A stretch of DNA of 63,218 nucleotides, filler included, from Octopus bimaculoides (Eukaryota): the NCBI RefSeq assembly GCF_001194135.2. It is 8 parts of 7 records of this genome, joined end to end, with 100 filler letters (N's around TTAATTAATTAA, not from the genome) between each part and the next. Parts side by side here need not be neighbours in the genome. Positions count along the whole stretch, not along the records: positions 41,244 to 43,873 come from NC_069006.1; positions 43,974 to 59,376 come from NC_069000.1; 6 more parts are not named here. One strand, given 5' to 3'. The notes beneath the pieces were generated by a model. That model saw nothing but the letters and a program-made list of their open reading frames with translations. It did not search any database and was not told the origin of the DNA. The translations under genes and the position numbers were made by a program. Below are positions 43,091 to 56,528 of the stretch, one piece after another; the stretch's first letter is position 1, and each line of letters opens with the position of its first letter.

Positions 43091-43280
43091 TGATTAGTGA
43101 TTGCATATGCTGAATATTTTCGCGTGTGTATGTCCATGTGTGTGTGTATGTCTGTGTGCATATGTCTGTGTATATGTGTGCGTATGTATGTGTGTGTATG
43201 TATTTATGTGTGCATGTATGTGTCTGCATTTGTATGATGTTGATGATACATGCATGCATTGCATGGATCATCAACATCAT

Positions 43281-43460
43281 TTTGCTTCCATTGTCCATGC
43301 TGGCATGGGTTGGACAGTTTGACCAGGGCTGGTAAGCTGGAAGGCTGCACCAGACACCAGTCTGATTTGGTATGGTGTTCTACAGCTGGATGCCCTTCCT
43401 AATGCCAACCATTCCGAGAGTGTAATGGGTAACTTTACCTGCCACCGGCACAGGTGCCAG
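43281..43460 (-). mobile_element. RTE-type 3' module
   Basis: Reverse complement of ttggcattaggaagggcatccagctgtagaac...ccaacccatgccagcatggac. Confidence 0.7.
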
Positions 43461-43873
43461 TTGTGTGATACCAGTATCTGCCACAACCACGATTTTATTT
43501 GGCTAGACAGGTCTATCTTTTACTTGTTTCTGTCATTAAACTGTGGCCATGCTGGGGCACTGCCAGGAAGAATTTTTTACTCAAATGAACTGACCTCACT
43601 ACTTATTTCCAAGCCTGCTACTTATTCTNNNNNNNNNNATGTGTGCGTATGTATGTGTGTGTATGTATTTATGTGTGCATGTATGTGTCTGCATTTGTAT
43701 GATGTTGATGATACATGCATGCATTGCATGGATCATCAACATCATTTTGCTTCCATTGTCCATGCTGGCATGGGTTGGACAGTTTGACCAGGGCTGGTAA
43801 GCTGGAAGGCTGCACCAGACACCAGTCTGATTTGGTATGGTGTTCTACAGCTGGATGCCCTTCCTAATGCCAA

Positions 43874-43973
43874 NNNNNNNNNNNNNNNNNNNNNNNNNNN
43901 NNNNNNNNNNNNNNNNNTTAATTAATTAANNNNNNNNNNNNNNNNNNNNNNNNNNNNNNNNNNNNNNNNNNNN
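43874..43973. other. Scaffold-join spacer (6 of 7)
   Basis: 44N + TTAATTAATTAA (43918-43929) + 44N. Confidence 0.92.
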
Positions 43974-44132
43974 ACAGTAAACATAAGAGCACCACAGCAA
44001 ACCACAGCACATACCCAAGGCGCACAGAGCTGCGCTCGGTAGTGAAGTGAAAGCACGTTATAAAAATAAAACTACTGAATAATAATAATAATAATAATAA
44101 TAATGATGATAATGATGATGATGATGTTGATG

Positions 44133-44202
<70 letters not shown>
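43974..44202 (+). mobile_element. R4/Dong 3'UTR + long (AAT)n tail
   Basis: cagtaaacataagagcaccacagcaaaccacagcacatacccaaggcgcacagagctgcgctcggtagtgaagtgaaagcacg matches 1575-1680. Confidence 0.88.
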
Positions 44203-44205
<3 letters not shown>

Positions 44206-44811
44206 GCAGTTACATCCACTGGATACTATTTTTAATCAATTTTAATTAATTTAAACTCTGAATTCGTATCTGTTACCTTTCTTTTCAATAAGATAATTAA
44301 TCATCAAGCAAAAAATATTTTTGTACTCACGACGGGTAAAATGTAATTAAAATTTCTTAACTCATTACAATGCGTCAACACGAATCTTATGAGTGAATCC
44401 TGTGCGATAATATAGAGAAGAATTGAATCTGCGTCCCCTTGGGCTTTAATTACTGTCGTACTAGTTAAACAGCCTTTATCTGAAATTACATAATCCGAAA
44501 AAGTTAACATCATGAAATTTCCAAATCCGGAAATTCGAAAATCCGAAATCTCGAAAATCCGAAAACTCTAAAATCCGTGGCTTTATTGAATGCTAACATC
44601 ACACGCCACGAATAAAGTACCCAAGTTATACCATAATGTAATATTTCAACATATATATTAATATATGTGGGAATAGAAAGACTTTCCCTTCTATTATTTG
44701 TCTTACTGCTATACTAACTACGTGGCAGCAGCTCTCATGTCGGCCGATTTCGAACTCGTTTTTAATGGCTGGATCGCAGCAATGGACAGTGGGGCTAACT
44801 CGGTTTCAAAG

Positions 44812-44938
44812 GCGCAGGAGTGGTTGTGTGGTAAGAAGTTTGCTTACGATCCACATGGTTCCGGGTTCAGTCCTCCTGCGTGGCACCTTGGACAAGTGTC
44901 TTCAACTATAGCCTCGGGGTCGATCAATTAAGTACCAT
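44812..44938 (+). mobile_element. SINE family A head joined to a family-B-like segment
   Basis: ggcgcaggagtggttgtgtggtaag..ggttccgggttcagtcc..ctatagcctcggg|gtcgatcaattaagtacc. Confidence 0.7.
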
Positions 44939-44949
44939 AGCAAGAAGGA

Positions 44950-45125
44950 TATTTACTTGCAGAGAATTTGGAAAAGAATGTACTGCAGGGGCCAAAACTA
45001 CATTGTAACATCTATTTTAAGAACACCCATGGTTGCCACATCTGTGAAAAAGATTGTCGATCCTGGTTTGTTTAAGAGAGTAATGAAACGATGCTACTGT
45101 TGGAAATCGAATGGCAGCCATCATG
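44950..45125 (+). mobile_element. RTE-like LINE extreme 3' end with zinc-finger remnants
   Basis: IFTCREFGKEC and HGCHICEKDCRS in different frames, followed by an RTE-like gaaatcgaatggcagccatcatg terminus. Confidence 0.4.
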
Positions 45126-46099
45126 TTTATTTGAATGTATGCATGTGTGAGTGTAACGGAGATACGGAGACAGTTTTCCTTCTAAAGGTGCTCACCTATG
45201 AATCATTGGTCAACACAAGTCCGATGACAGAAAGCAAATGACTAAGAGTTAGTGGGACCGAATCCAAAACAATATGGCTGCTGAGTCAAATTTACTCAAA
45301 CACAAAACCGCAATATTTCTACCACTTAATTATTTGCTGACCAGTTTGTTCTTTGTAAGATATTAATCATAAAACCAAAAAATGATTTTCTAAACAGCGA
45401 AGACAAAAAAGACAAAGAATTTTGCGAATATGTTCACAAAAGTAATTACAAAGAAAATTAATAAATAATACGAAATAATATTTTAAAGCTAATGTACGCC
45501 ATTATTAAGAAATCTAATAGAGGAAGCACAATGCTAATATTGGTGAATGGGGAAATTTGACCTTGAGGGAAATTTTTACTTTTATTTTTGTTTTTGCCAA
45601 TCGAAGATCTGATATCATTTGTGACAATGTGTCATGTGACGTGGACAATTCCCTACTAATGTTCATTGAAAATGTGTTATAATGTTTGTGTGTTTTTGTA
45701 TTCTTTTTTTTTTTTCGTTTGCTGTGTCCGCCATATTTTAGAGTATGGGAAGGTTTGTTTCTTTCTGTGCCAAATGTTGGTTATTTCAAACGGAAAACTT
45801 ATAAAAATCCGAATTTTTTTTTTTTTTTTTTTTTTTTTTTGTAAAAGAAATATCATCTCTCTTATTCGTTTTGTTGTTGTTGTTGTGCTTTGTTTTGTTT
45901 GAATTTTATGTATTTTTTTTAATTACGAGTAAAGAAACCAACGAAGAACAACAATACGTTTATGATATTACAACCCGTAACAGTTCATTTTCACAGTCAT
46001 CTTCGATAATTGACAGACTGAATATGACGTAGGCGATAAGGATGGCGGTGATGATGACGACGACGACGAAGATGACGATGACGAAGATGGCGATGATAA

Positions 46100-46101
46100 T
46101 G

Positions 46102-46174
<73 letters not shown>

Positions 46175-46175
46175 C
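46100..46175 (+). repeat. (ATC)n microsatellite
   Basis: Directly visible. Confidence 0.95.
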
Positions 46176-49120
46176 CATGATATCAATTACTTCGGATTAT
46201 TTTTGAAGATGCAACCTTATAATATAGAATATAATTTTAATGTTATTGATATTGCCGTTGGTGTTTTATNNNNNNNNNNNNNNNNNNNNNNNNNNNNNNN
46301 NNNNNNNNNNNNNNNNNNNNNNNNNNNNNNNNNNNNNNNNNNNNNNNNNNNNNNNNNNNNNNNNNNNNNNNNNNNNNNNNNNNNNNNNNNNNNNNNNNNN
46401 NNNNNNNNNNNNNNNNNNNNNNNNNNNNNNNNNNNNNNNNNNNNNNNNNNNNNNNNNNNNNNNNNNNNNNNNNNNNNNNNNNNNNNNNNNNNNNNNNNNN
46501 NNNNNNNNNNNNNNNNNNNNNNNNNNNNNNNNNNNNNNNNNNNNNNNNNNNNNNNNNNNNNNNNNNNNNNNNNNNNNNNNNNNNNNNNNNNNNNNNNNNN
46601 NNNNNNNNNNNNNNNNNNNNNNNNNNNNNNNNNNNNNNNNNNNNNNNNNNNNNNNNNNNNNNNNNNNNNNNNNNNNNNNNNNNNNNNNNNNNNNNNNNNN
46701 NNNNNNNNNNNNNNNNNNNNNNNNNNNNNNNNNNNNNNNNNNNNNNNNNNNNNNNNNNNNNNNNNNNNNNNNNNNNNNNNNNNNNNNNNNNNNNNNNNNN
46801 NNNNNNNNNNNNNNNNNNNNNNNNNNNNNNNNNNNNNNNNNNNNNNNNNNNNNNNNNNNNNNNNNNNNNNNNNNNNNNNNNNNNNNNNNNNNNNNNNNNN
46901 NNNNNNNNNNNNNNNNNNNNNNNNNNNNNNNNNNNNNNNNNNNNNNNNNNNNNNNNNNNNNNNNNNNNNNNNNNNNNNNNNNNNNNNNNNNNNNNNNNNN
47001 NNNNNNNNNNNNNNNNNNNNNNNNNNNNNNNNNNNNNNNNNNNNNNNNNNNNNNNNNNNNNNNNNNNNNNNNNNNNNNNNNNNNNNNNNNNNNNNNNNNN
47101 NNNNNNNNNNNNNNNTGTGTGTATTAATATTTTTCTATATCTTTCAACAAAATATGATACGGTTATATTTTTGTAGCAACAGTTATAGTAAAAGTATAAC
47201 AAATATAACAAAATAGTAAAAATATAACAAATAATGTAATATTAAAAATATGACAAACAATGAGCTTTGAAAGGACTGTGAAGTAAATAAATAGCTAAAG
47301 CCGTGTTAAGCAAATGTTTAGAATTTGGTGTAGGGTCATTAATGTTTGAAATGGAGATTATTTCGTCCTAGTAACATTTCGGATTTCATTCGAATTTATG
47401 AAAGAAACTTCAACAATAATGATAAATAGATAAATAAACAAGTATTAAAAAATAAATAAGAAAAGAAAAAGAATACATTTTAAAATTACAGATTTGTCAA
47501 ATAATCAGCTAATATTTTAACAGGATTGATAACACATATTAAAGTATAATCTTGTTATGAAGACAGAATATAAATGATTAAAGGTTGCAAGTACTATAAG
47601 CAAGTATTCTAGTTGTTGGTAATGTTTGTTGTTTCTGTCTATCGAATTACACTTAGAGGAAGTTATTTCTCTTGAGGCTATCGGGAAATAGATTTTCGCC
47701 CAAGATGATACACAATGGGATGTAATTTACTAATCGCCAACGCCTGCGAACCTTTGTAATTGTTTGTTGTATCCGTTACTCTGCATCAAACTATTGTTCT
47801 TAAACCAGTTGTTCAGTGATTTATCGACACTGAAATGAGAAGAAAATCACGAGTGACTTCGGTGGGAATCGAACTCAGAACTTAAAACCCAGAACAAATA
47901 TCGTAATGCATTTTCTGCACTCTAACAATTCTGCCAAACCATTGATTATATTTCCAGAATAAACAGAAGACTTGAAATTTAGGAGAGAGCTTTAGTCGGT
48001 GCCAACACCCACAGTCATAACAATTTAGAAATTGCAAGAGACGTGAAATAAATTGCCTTAACGGTGGAACTCGGAGTAGATAAAGCTAGAAACAATAGCA
48101 CATAATTTCATTCACTGATGTTCCCTTAACTGATATACCTATTCGTTGGGGTGACACTCTAGACGCTTTTACACTCAGCTGTCGCGACTGGTTTGTGATC
48201 TCTATCGTGAATAGCTGGGTCGCGGTGCTGTAACCTGCCATGTTATTTATGTTTGTCAGACCAGGTTCTCCCTGTCTGCCTCTCTTTCACCAGCCATCCA
48301 CAGTGTGTGTGTGTGTGTTTATGTATGTTTAGCGGGTGGGGAATGTATTTTGAAACTGGTAAGGGATCCGAAAAATCTCACCTGGGTAAACATTCCAGCA
48401 TCTCGATATTTGAGATTCTGAAATATAACGCTTTCGTGTTATCTTATTTTACAGAATCCTCCCCCCACCAAAAAAAAAAAAAGCCCTATCTTACGTGTGC
48501 AACCGATTCCTTCATCTTCAACTGGGCATGAAGTCAAGACTGCCTTTCCAAATTCATCTGAATTTCCAAAATGTCAGCGAAACCTTACGCGATTACAAAG
48601 ACGCCAGCAAAATCTAATTTTGCCTCGGAATGAAACTGTTAAGTACAAATGTTCTCCGAATTGACTACTCGAATGAAGACTGAGTTGACAGCAATATTTC
48701 ATTAGATTACGTTTCATTGGTCACTTATTGAATGTTACTTCATTTGTTAAATATCTAAATCTACTTTCAGATATTTATCTAAAGCTATCAATAACGGAAT
48801 ATTGTCAGATTTTCATATTAAATCGTCTTCTTCGTTACTACCTATTCAACTATTTCGTGTCATTATGATCAGACGAGATGGAATTATTGGTACGTTTATG
48901 GTCAAAAATAGCCAGCTGCAAAACTTCGATCGATATACAATGTGTATGCAATTAATATACAAAACCTCCCACGAAGTGTCTTATTATAGGAAAGTAAAAT
49001 CAACAAAGACGAAACAAAAGTCAATTTTCAACCGAGTTAGAATTTTTCGATGAGGTTTCATTTGCTTAGTTTATAATATCAAGTATATACAAACACACAC
49101 ACGTATACACATACACAAAC

Positions 49121-49206
<86 letters not shown>

Positions 49207-50205
49207 AAGGTTATGGTGGGTAATGGAGTCAACCAGACCCGAATGTTACAGGTAATACCGAGTAAGTGCTGTATACCGATTAGTTTTGCCCCAGATGTGG
49301 TTGCAACATGAGTGGGGGATACAACATGGGTCGTGTATTATCGTGTGTATATATAAAAAGAATGAGATAAAGAGACACACAAAAACCTCATACACACGCA
49401 CGCATCAAGCAAGCACACACGCACTAACACACTAACACACACACAGAGCTAACACGCACACAAAAACCTCCTACACACTGCTACAGCGAGTAAGCAAGCA
49501 CACACACATACTAACACGCACACATACCAACAGCTTTGTCGCACACAAAAACCTCATACACACTGGTGCATCAACTAAGAAAGCACACACACATGCACAC
49601 AAAAACACGAACACACTGCTTGCTCGCACACAAAATCCACATATACACACATAAAACAAGCGCACACACAGAAGCGCGCACACGTACACACGTACGCCAG
49701 CTACCTCTTATCCACATTACAATTCATGCCCGCCCAAAGCGACCTTTCTAATATTTCCGTTCATTTACTACACCTCAACAGTTGGATATTTCTACGGTTG
49801 ACTTTCGCACAATTTTTTCTTCATCTGTTTCTTAATTTTCTTTCTCTCTCTATTTCTATCCGCGATTTCAGAAGAAGATGCTTACGCGAAGCGCGAAAAA
49901 TATTTCCTTCCTTTTTATTTGTTCACTATTCTCTAATCGCCAAACTAATACCAAATCAGTGTTTAACTTTTTTGTCTCGTCGCTGTGTTGTAATTTTGGT
50001 CACCTTTGCCACAATGTGTGTGTGTGTCCGTGCGTGAGTGTACGTGTTTATGTATGTATGTATGTGTATGTATGTGTGTAACATTTTGTATTATTTCTAT
50101 ATACATATATACATATTATATATTCTATACATTTATATATATATATATATATATACATATACGTATTCATATGTATATATATATATATACAAATATACAT
50201 ATATT

Positions 50206-50252
<47 letters not shown>

Positions 50253-50375
50253 CATTTTGTATTATATATATATATATATATACATATATAAATATTATAT
50301 ATTATATACATTTATATATATATATATACATATACATATTCATATGTATAAGTATATATATATATACAAATATGC

Positions 50376-50438
<63 letters not shown>

Positions 50439-50592
50439 CGTGTGTGTGTGTGTGTGCGTGCGTGTGTGTGTGTGCTTATAAGAAAAGTTTACTATCTTAG
50501 CGACACCAAACCTTCCGCAGATCGATTGTTTATTTTCCTAATATATTTTCAGTAACGCAATAAACAACCAAATATACATATATATACATATC

Positions 50593-50629
<37 letters not shown>

Positions 50630-52721
50630 CATACATACATACATAATACAGATATGATTTGTGTATGTATATATATATAGATATATATCCTGTTGGCTTT
50701 GGATTACGAGAGAAGAGTTAAGCTGGAGGAGATGAGGAGCAGTGACTTGACCACCTGTTACGGGTGTTAAGGTGCAGGGTTCGATCAACGTTGGTTACCA
50801 TCTGATGACATCAGTTCCTCCTGGCCAAAGCTACATTCACTTTAGTAAATGGTTAAATCACCTCCTTATTATAGGTGTTATCAATATACAACATGTGTGT
50901 GTGTGTGCGTGCGTGTGAGGATGAAGAAATTACAACCCATTAGATTTGACAACACTAGAAATGCATTATATTAGCTTTATATGACCATTATATATATGTG
51001 AAACTTGTGGCCTTCATCACTTTGTTTTCATATCAGTCATACAAATATCTCAGTGTGTCGTATACTGACTATGACGTTTACATTAGGGATCGTTCACAAC
51101 ACATTACGTGGTATAACATTGAAGAAAATGAGAGAGGAGAACAACTAGGTGTCTAACATTACACGGTTTCCCTCAAAAATATACAGAATTAACGATGAAT
51201 TAACGTTAGATTAACGATTACATCATTCATTATTATTAATTGAATCCGATGTCGAAATAATCACACAAACACAACCTACATAAGTCGCAAACAGATATTC
51301 ATGTGAGTTACGACTGAATTATAAACATAAAGCTTCAAATTCCAGCAAGATTATATAAAAGCATAAATGTCTAAATAAATTGGCGATACAGTCTACAGAA
51401 AACGTATTTACCTTACATAAATAAAGCAAATACATAGCATTTATCTGTTTACATCTCAATACTAAGTCTGTGACAGTCTAGAAACGTTGGTGATTTTGAT
51501 TCATATAAACGACGTTTATGTGTTAAACATCTAATATAAAATTTAAAACTACTGTGATGTACTCAGCATGTCAAGCAGTTCTCGATCTATACGACCAGGA
51601 TAATACATACAAATACAGACTTCAACATAGCGGCTTGGGGCTCGCTGTTATCGTAACGCGTGTTGAGGAGGGTAAGGCTGTTATGCCAGTCCAGAAATAA
51701 TAAACTGTGATGTGGCGAGGGATTACTGTATTTTACTTAACTTCTCCTGAACTGAAGGATGATGCGTAAGGCGAAATGGTCACAAGCAAGGCACGAACGC
51801 ATAACGTTTACGAACGCCAAGAATTACCTCCAGCTTATCTTATACAGCGCTATACGGAGTTAAGCCAATGTAACGCTATCTTCAGCATCAGCACCGTCGC
51901 CAATCCAACAAAAGCACACACACAACAACAACAACTACTACTACTACTACTACTACCACAGCTACTAGTACTACTACTACTACTACCACTATATTTTATA
52001 TGACAGGACGAGAATAACATGGAACAAAAAATATATACTGAAATCAGATACAGCTTATCTGAACCAGCATCAGAAAATAAGATTTGCATAATACAATTTA
52101 TTTACAAAGTAATGCTAGCAGCTTAAGAGGAGAAAAAAACCCACATTTTGAGCAGGAAAGCATTTCAAAATGGACATATCTATACAGCGAATGAAAATCG
52201 TTTACTAATGAAGCTTTGTCAACTTGAAAACTACAAACCAACCAATTATAATTGCCTTGATAAATATGAGAAACTCATTAAATGCGAGATTTTAAAAATA
52301 AAAATGATAAAAATGAAGATATTAAAAATGATTTAGTAAAATGTTGTAAAGTTTAAACATTGTTTGTCAAACATGGCTAAATATTGTTTGGATTGTTGTT
52401 GTTTTTTTTTTAAGATAAACATTGAAAGTATCACATTGTCAGCTTATAGATTGACAATGACGCTTGTCACTGTTTTGCAAGTGTCAGGTGCTGGATTGCG
52501 GTCATGCTACTGCAATGCTTGCACGGGCTTCGCTTGATTTTTTCTGTTTGTCTTCAGTGTATTATGCAGTAATTATTGTAATCGGTATCTACTCATTGGA
52601 GCGGGAAACTACAATGCATTTTTGACAGAACCATCTCTGTATAGTGACATAAATAACTTTAGACCGATTTACACAAGCATAGATGTAGATGCGCACATGA
52701 ATGACGGAGAGGAATGAAGAT

Positions 52722-52785
<64 letters not shown>

Positions 52786-52788
52786 TGA

Positions 52789-53080
52789 ACGATCCAGGCT
52801 AATCGACCGGATATAATCATTAAAGACAGAGAAGAAAATACTAGTAGACTAATAGATGTAAGTGTTCCCCCTAATAAAAATATATTTGCAAAGGAATTTG
52901 ATAAATTAAGTAAATTTGAAATGCAAAATATGCGGCATCTTAAAGCGAGAATTGTTCCTGTTATTGTGGGTGCCCATGGTATGATAAGAAAGGGATTCAG
53001 AAAGATCTAAATAATTTCCCAGAAGAACCATGATCGTGCTTGCAAGTACTGCTCACATTCCTTTTTTCAGAAGTTTTTAT
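52789..53080 (+). mobile_element. R4/Dong RLE domain remnant
   Basis: TIQANRPDIIIKDREENTSRLIDVSVPPNKNIFAKEFDKLSKF..RIVPVIVGAHGMIRKG. Confidence 0.82.
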
Positions 53081-54200
53081 CGGTTGGCACTATCATGTCC
53101 CTTTACAGGCATTTTCTTGTCTTATGATACATAATTTTTTATCGCGGCGTCACTCAGTGTTTCAGCTATTGAAATCTAAGCGCTCATTGAGGAGACCCGT
53201 TCTGTGTTATTAAGATTAGGTCTATGACCAAGCGGCATTCCGCTGACCTTACCGACCCACTATTTTTGCCTAGAGCCATTCAGAGCGTTCTATCTGTGCG
53301 TTCTATTCTGTACCTACAGTGTTCTATCTGTGTCTCTTCCGATCATTCCCGTAATGCGCATGACTCCATTGGTCTTTCGCAGAATATGACCTGCGAAACA
53401 CCGTTTGCACACATTCACTGTCAAACAGCTAATACTCCATCCATTGTTGTGGCAGTCTCAATGAATACTTAGCTCCCTTCCTTTCGCGTGAGTTTTTCTT
53501 TATATATGTTTCTGTTTATTCGTAATATTCAGGAAACATTATTAGAATCCCTAAAGCAAAAGTGTTTTGTTGTTGTTATTGTTGCTTTTATTCTGAAACA
53601 TTTATCATCTAATATTTCGGGTAAAAATACACATTTTCATGAAAACAGAATCACAGGAGGTTCTATCTGGCTTTATTACAGTTTCAAGTCGCATAGTGAT
53701 ACAAAACTGCAACGAAATCAAAATCGATCATTCCCAAGCCCTCAGGCTCTGCAAAGTGCTTTAAGATAAAATTTTAATCTCGTTTTCAAATTTATTTATA
53801 ATCTTTACCAAACTTGGATTCCTACATCACCATTTTTAGTATTTGTATACGCTGCAATGCCTTAAGCATTTTTAATATATACTCATATACACCTTCAAAC
53901 ACGTACGTGCATGAATACATAAAAATCACATCTATACAAATACTCAGCTATACATGTGAGTATGTATACTGTACCTACATAGAGTACAAGCACACACACG
54001 CTCAACCTACCTACAATCACATATGTTTGTGTATGTGTGTTTGTATGTGTCTATGTATGCATATATCTATACATACATGAATATGTTGTGTCTGTAAATA
54101 GATACACAAAACACACATACACACATAAATATGCATATATATATATATATATATAAATAAATGCATATACATATATATACATATATATATAAACATACAT

Positions 54201-54239
<39 letters not shown>

Positions 54240-55042
54240 CATATATGTGTGTGTGTGTGTGTGTGTGTGTATACTTGTGAGTGTTTGTGTATCTATGTAT
54301 GTATGCATGTATGAATATATGTATGTGTGCATGTGTATGTGTGTGCCTGTGGTGTGTGTGTGTGTGCGTATGTAAATATTTATTTGCGTGTGTATGAGCA
54401 AAAACGAAATCAGCGAACATTAACATCGTGCATGATACATGTACACTTGTGGTGCTTTCATCTTAGTTTTATCGCACATTTCAAAATTAAGTTTCTATGC
54501 GGAATCGAAGAGACACAGAAAGATTTACTATGAATGAATGTATTATCGTATTAAATGTGTCTACAGAAATAAATGACACACAAAAAACAAACTATGATAT
54601 AACGGTTTTTAGATGTTTTTCTTTTACCATTTCCATTATACGAGTCTATTTTTTTTTTTTATTTATGTATAATTTAGAATAGTTTTCAGGATTCACCAAA
54701 AGCTATCTCCAAACAATGCATAATAATTATTCTTTGCAGGTAGCAAATAAATAAATATTATTACAAGTGAATGATCGAGTGTTTCTATAAATGTTCTTCT
54801 CTCCTTCCTGTTTAAGCGTTCTGTTATTGTTTGCGGGTAATTTTTTTCTCCAGTCGGGGAGGGAGGTACTTATATCTGTTTAACTTCTTATTGGTTTGCC
54901 TTTCACTTGTCTTGTTTTTAAATGGTATTTCTACCTCGAGATATTTTTACATATATATTGGCTTTTTATCGTTCGATGTATGTACGCGCGCATATAAATA
55001 CACATGATATATATATATATATCCATACATACGCACACTCAC

Positions 55043-55125
<83 letters not shown>

Positions 55126-55152
55126 CAGACAGGCAGAGACACACAGACAGAC

Positions 55153-55224
<72 letters not shown>

Positions 55225-55235
55225 TGATAGATAGA
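55043..55235 (+). repeat. (AGAT)n tetranucleotide repeat, interrupted
   Basis: Two long gata runs separated by gacagacaggcagagacacacagacag. Confidence 0.95.
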
Positions 55236-55483
55236 TTTGGCCATGGATAGAATAGGAAAGTTGGACAAAATTACAAAAATATATAGGTAGATAGATAAAT
55301 TGATAGATACATACATTAATAAAAAAAAAATTACACACGCATATGTGCATATTTGCAGTTGTTTCTATGTTCATGCATAATCCAATATATTTTGATATAT
55401 GATGCATTTTATATATATATACGTATGCATACGTGTGTGTGTATGTATATACTTATATAAATATTTATACATACATACTTACA

Positions 55484-55550
<67 letters not shown>

Positions 55551-56438
55551 GTGGTTTCATAGGTTGTATGTCGCAATAAACCCAAAAGTTACTACAAAAA
55601 AATCCACTTGATATAATCCACATTGAGTGTATATGAATTAAAATTCTCCAATATTTAAACGAAAACAAACAAAAAAACTATTTACAAACACTCTTGTTAT
55701 TGCATCGCATTTAACATTCATTGGTCAAAAATTGGAGTGTTTGTCGCTATTTACACGGCAACAGATAAATGTAAGACATATAAATTCAATATATGGTCGT
55801 TGTATCTGTGTGTGTGTGTTTGTGTTTGTGCGTATATGTGCATCTGTGTATGTGTATGCGTGGGAATATGTGTGTGTTTGTGTGTGAGTCTGCGCGTGCG
55901 TTGTGTGTGTGTGTATGTGTGTGAGTTTGTGTGTGTGTGCATATGTGTATGTGTGCGTATGTGTGCGCATGTATGTGTATGTGTGTATGTCTGCGTGAGT
56001 GTGAGTATGTCTGTATGTACATATTAATGTAACCATATAAACATGATATTATATCACACTGAACTCTTTACTATATGAAGAAGGGTGCGAAACGACTGCA
56101 ACCTTAAGGATGCCAAATTGTTAAATAACTATATTCACCTCTCATACACACTGATATTTTATGGCTAATATAACTTACATGAGGTAATTTCATTGGGCGT
56201 TTGTTTTTTTAATTTCAGCTGAATGGACAAGTCGCATTAAACTTCTATGTAAACTTCTGTGTATTCCATTACTATGTAGTCTGATAGCCATGACCGTTCG
56301 AAGGTCTTTCTGTGATAACCACACAATTCTCAGAATCCACATCTTATATTAGAAATTTGTATACATAGGTGTGTGTCTGTGTCCATGTGTGTGTGTGTGT
56401 GTATGTGTATACCGTATATGTATAGACAAAAGTGTCTA

Positions 56439-56528
<90 letters not shown>

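Noticed and set aside
43174-43873. Identical 235-bp duplicate (43174-43408 and 43639-43873)
   Set aside because: 100% identical, separated by a 10-N gap and ending at a scaffold end: most likely an assembly overlap or haplotype artefact.
46203-47216. Long ORFs made of X (also 3465-4093, 24647-25412, 27062-27821, 58173-58761)
   Set aside because: Artefacts of translating through N gaps.
50074-50420. Duplicated ~170-bp compound microsatellite block
   Set aside because: Low-complexity (TA)/(TG) slippage duplication; no further structure.
50802-50814. CTGATGACATCAG palindrome
   Set aside because: No downstream GAAA; a short palindrome expected by chance.
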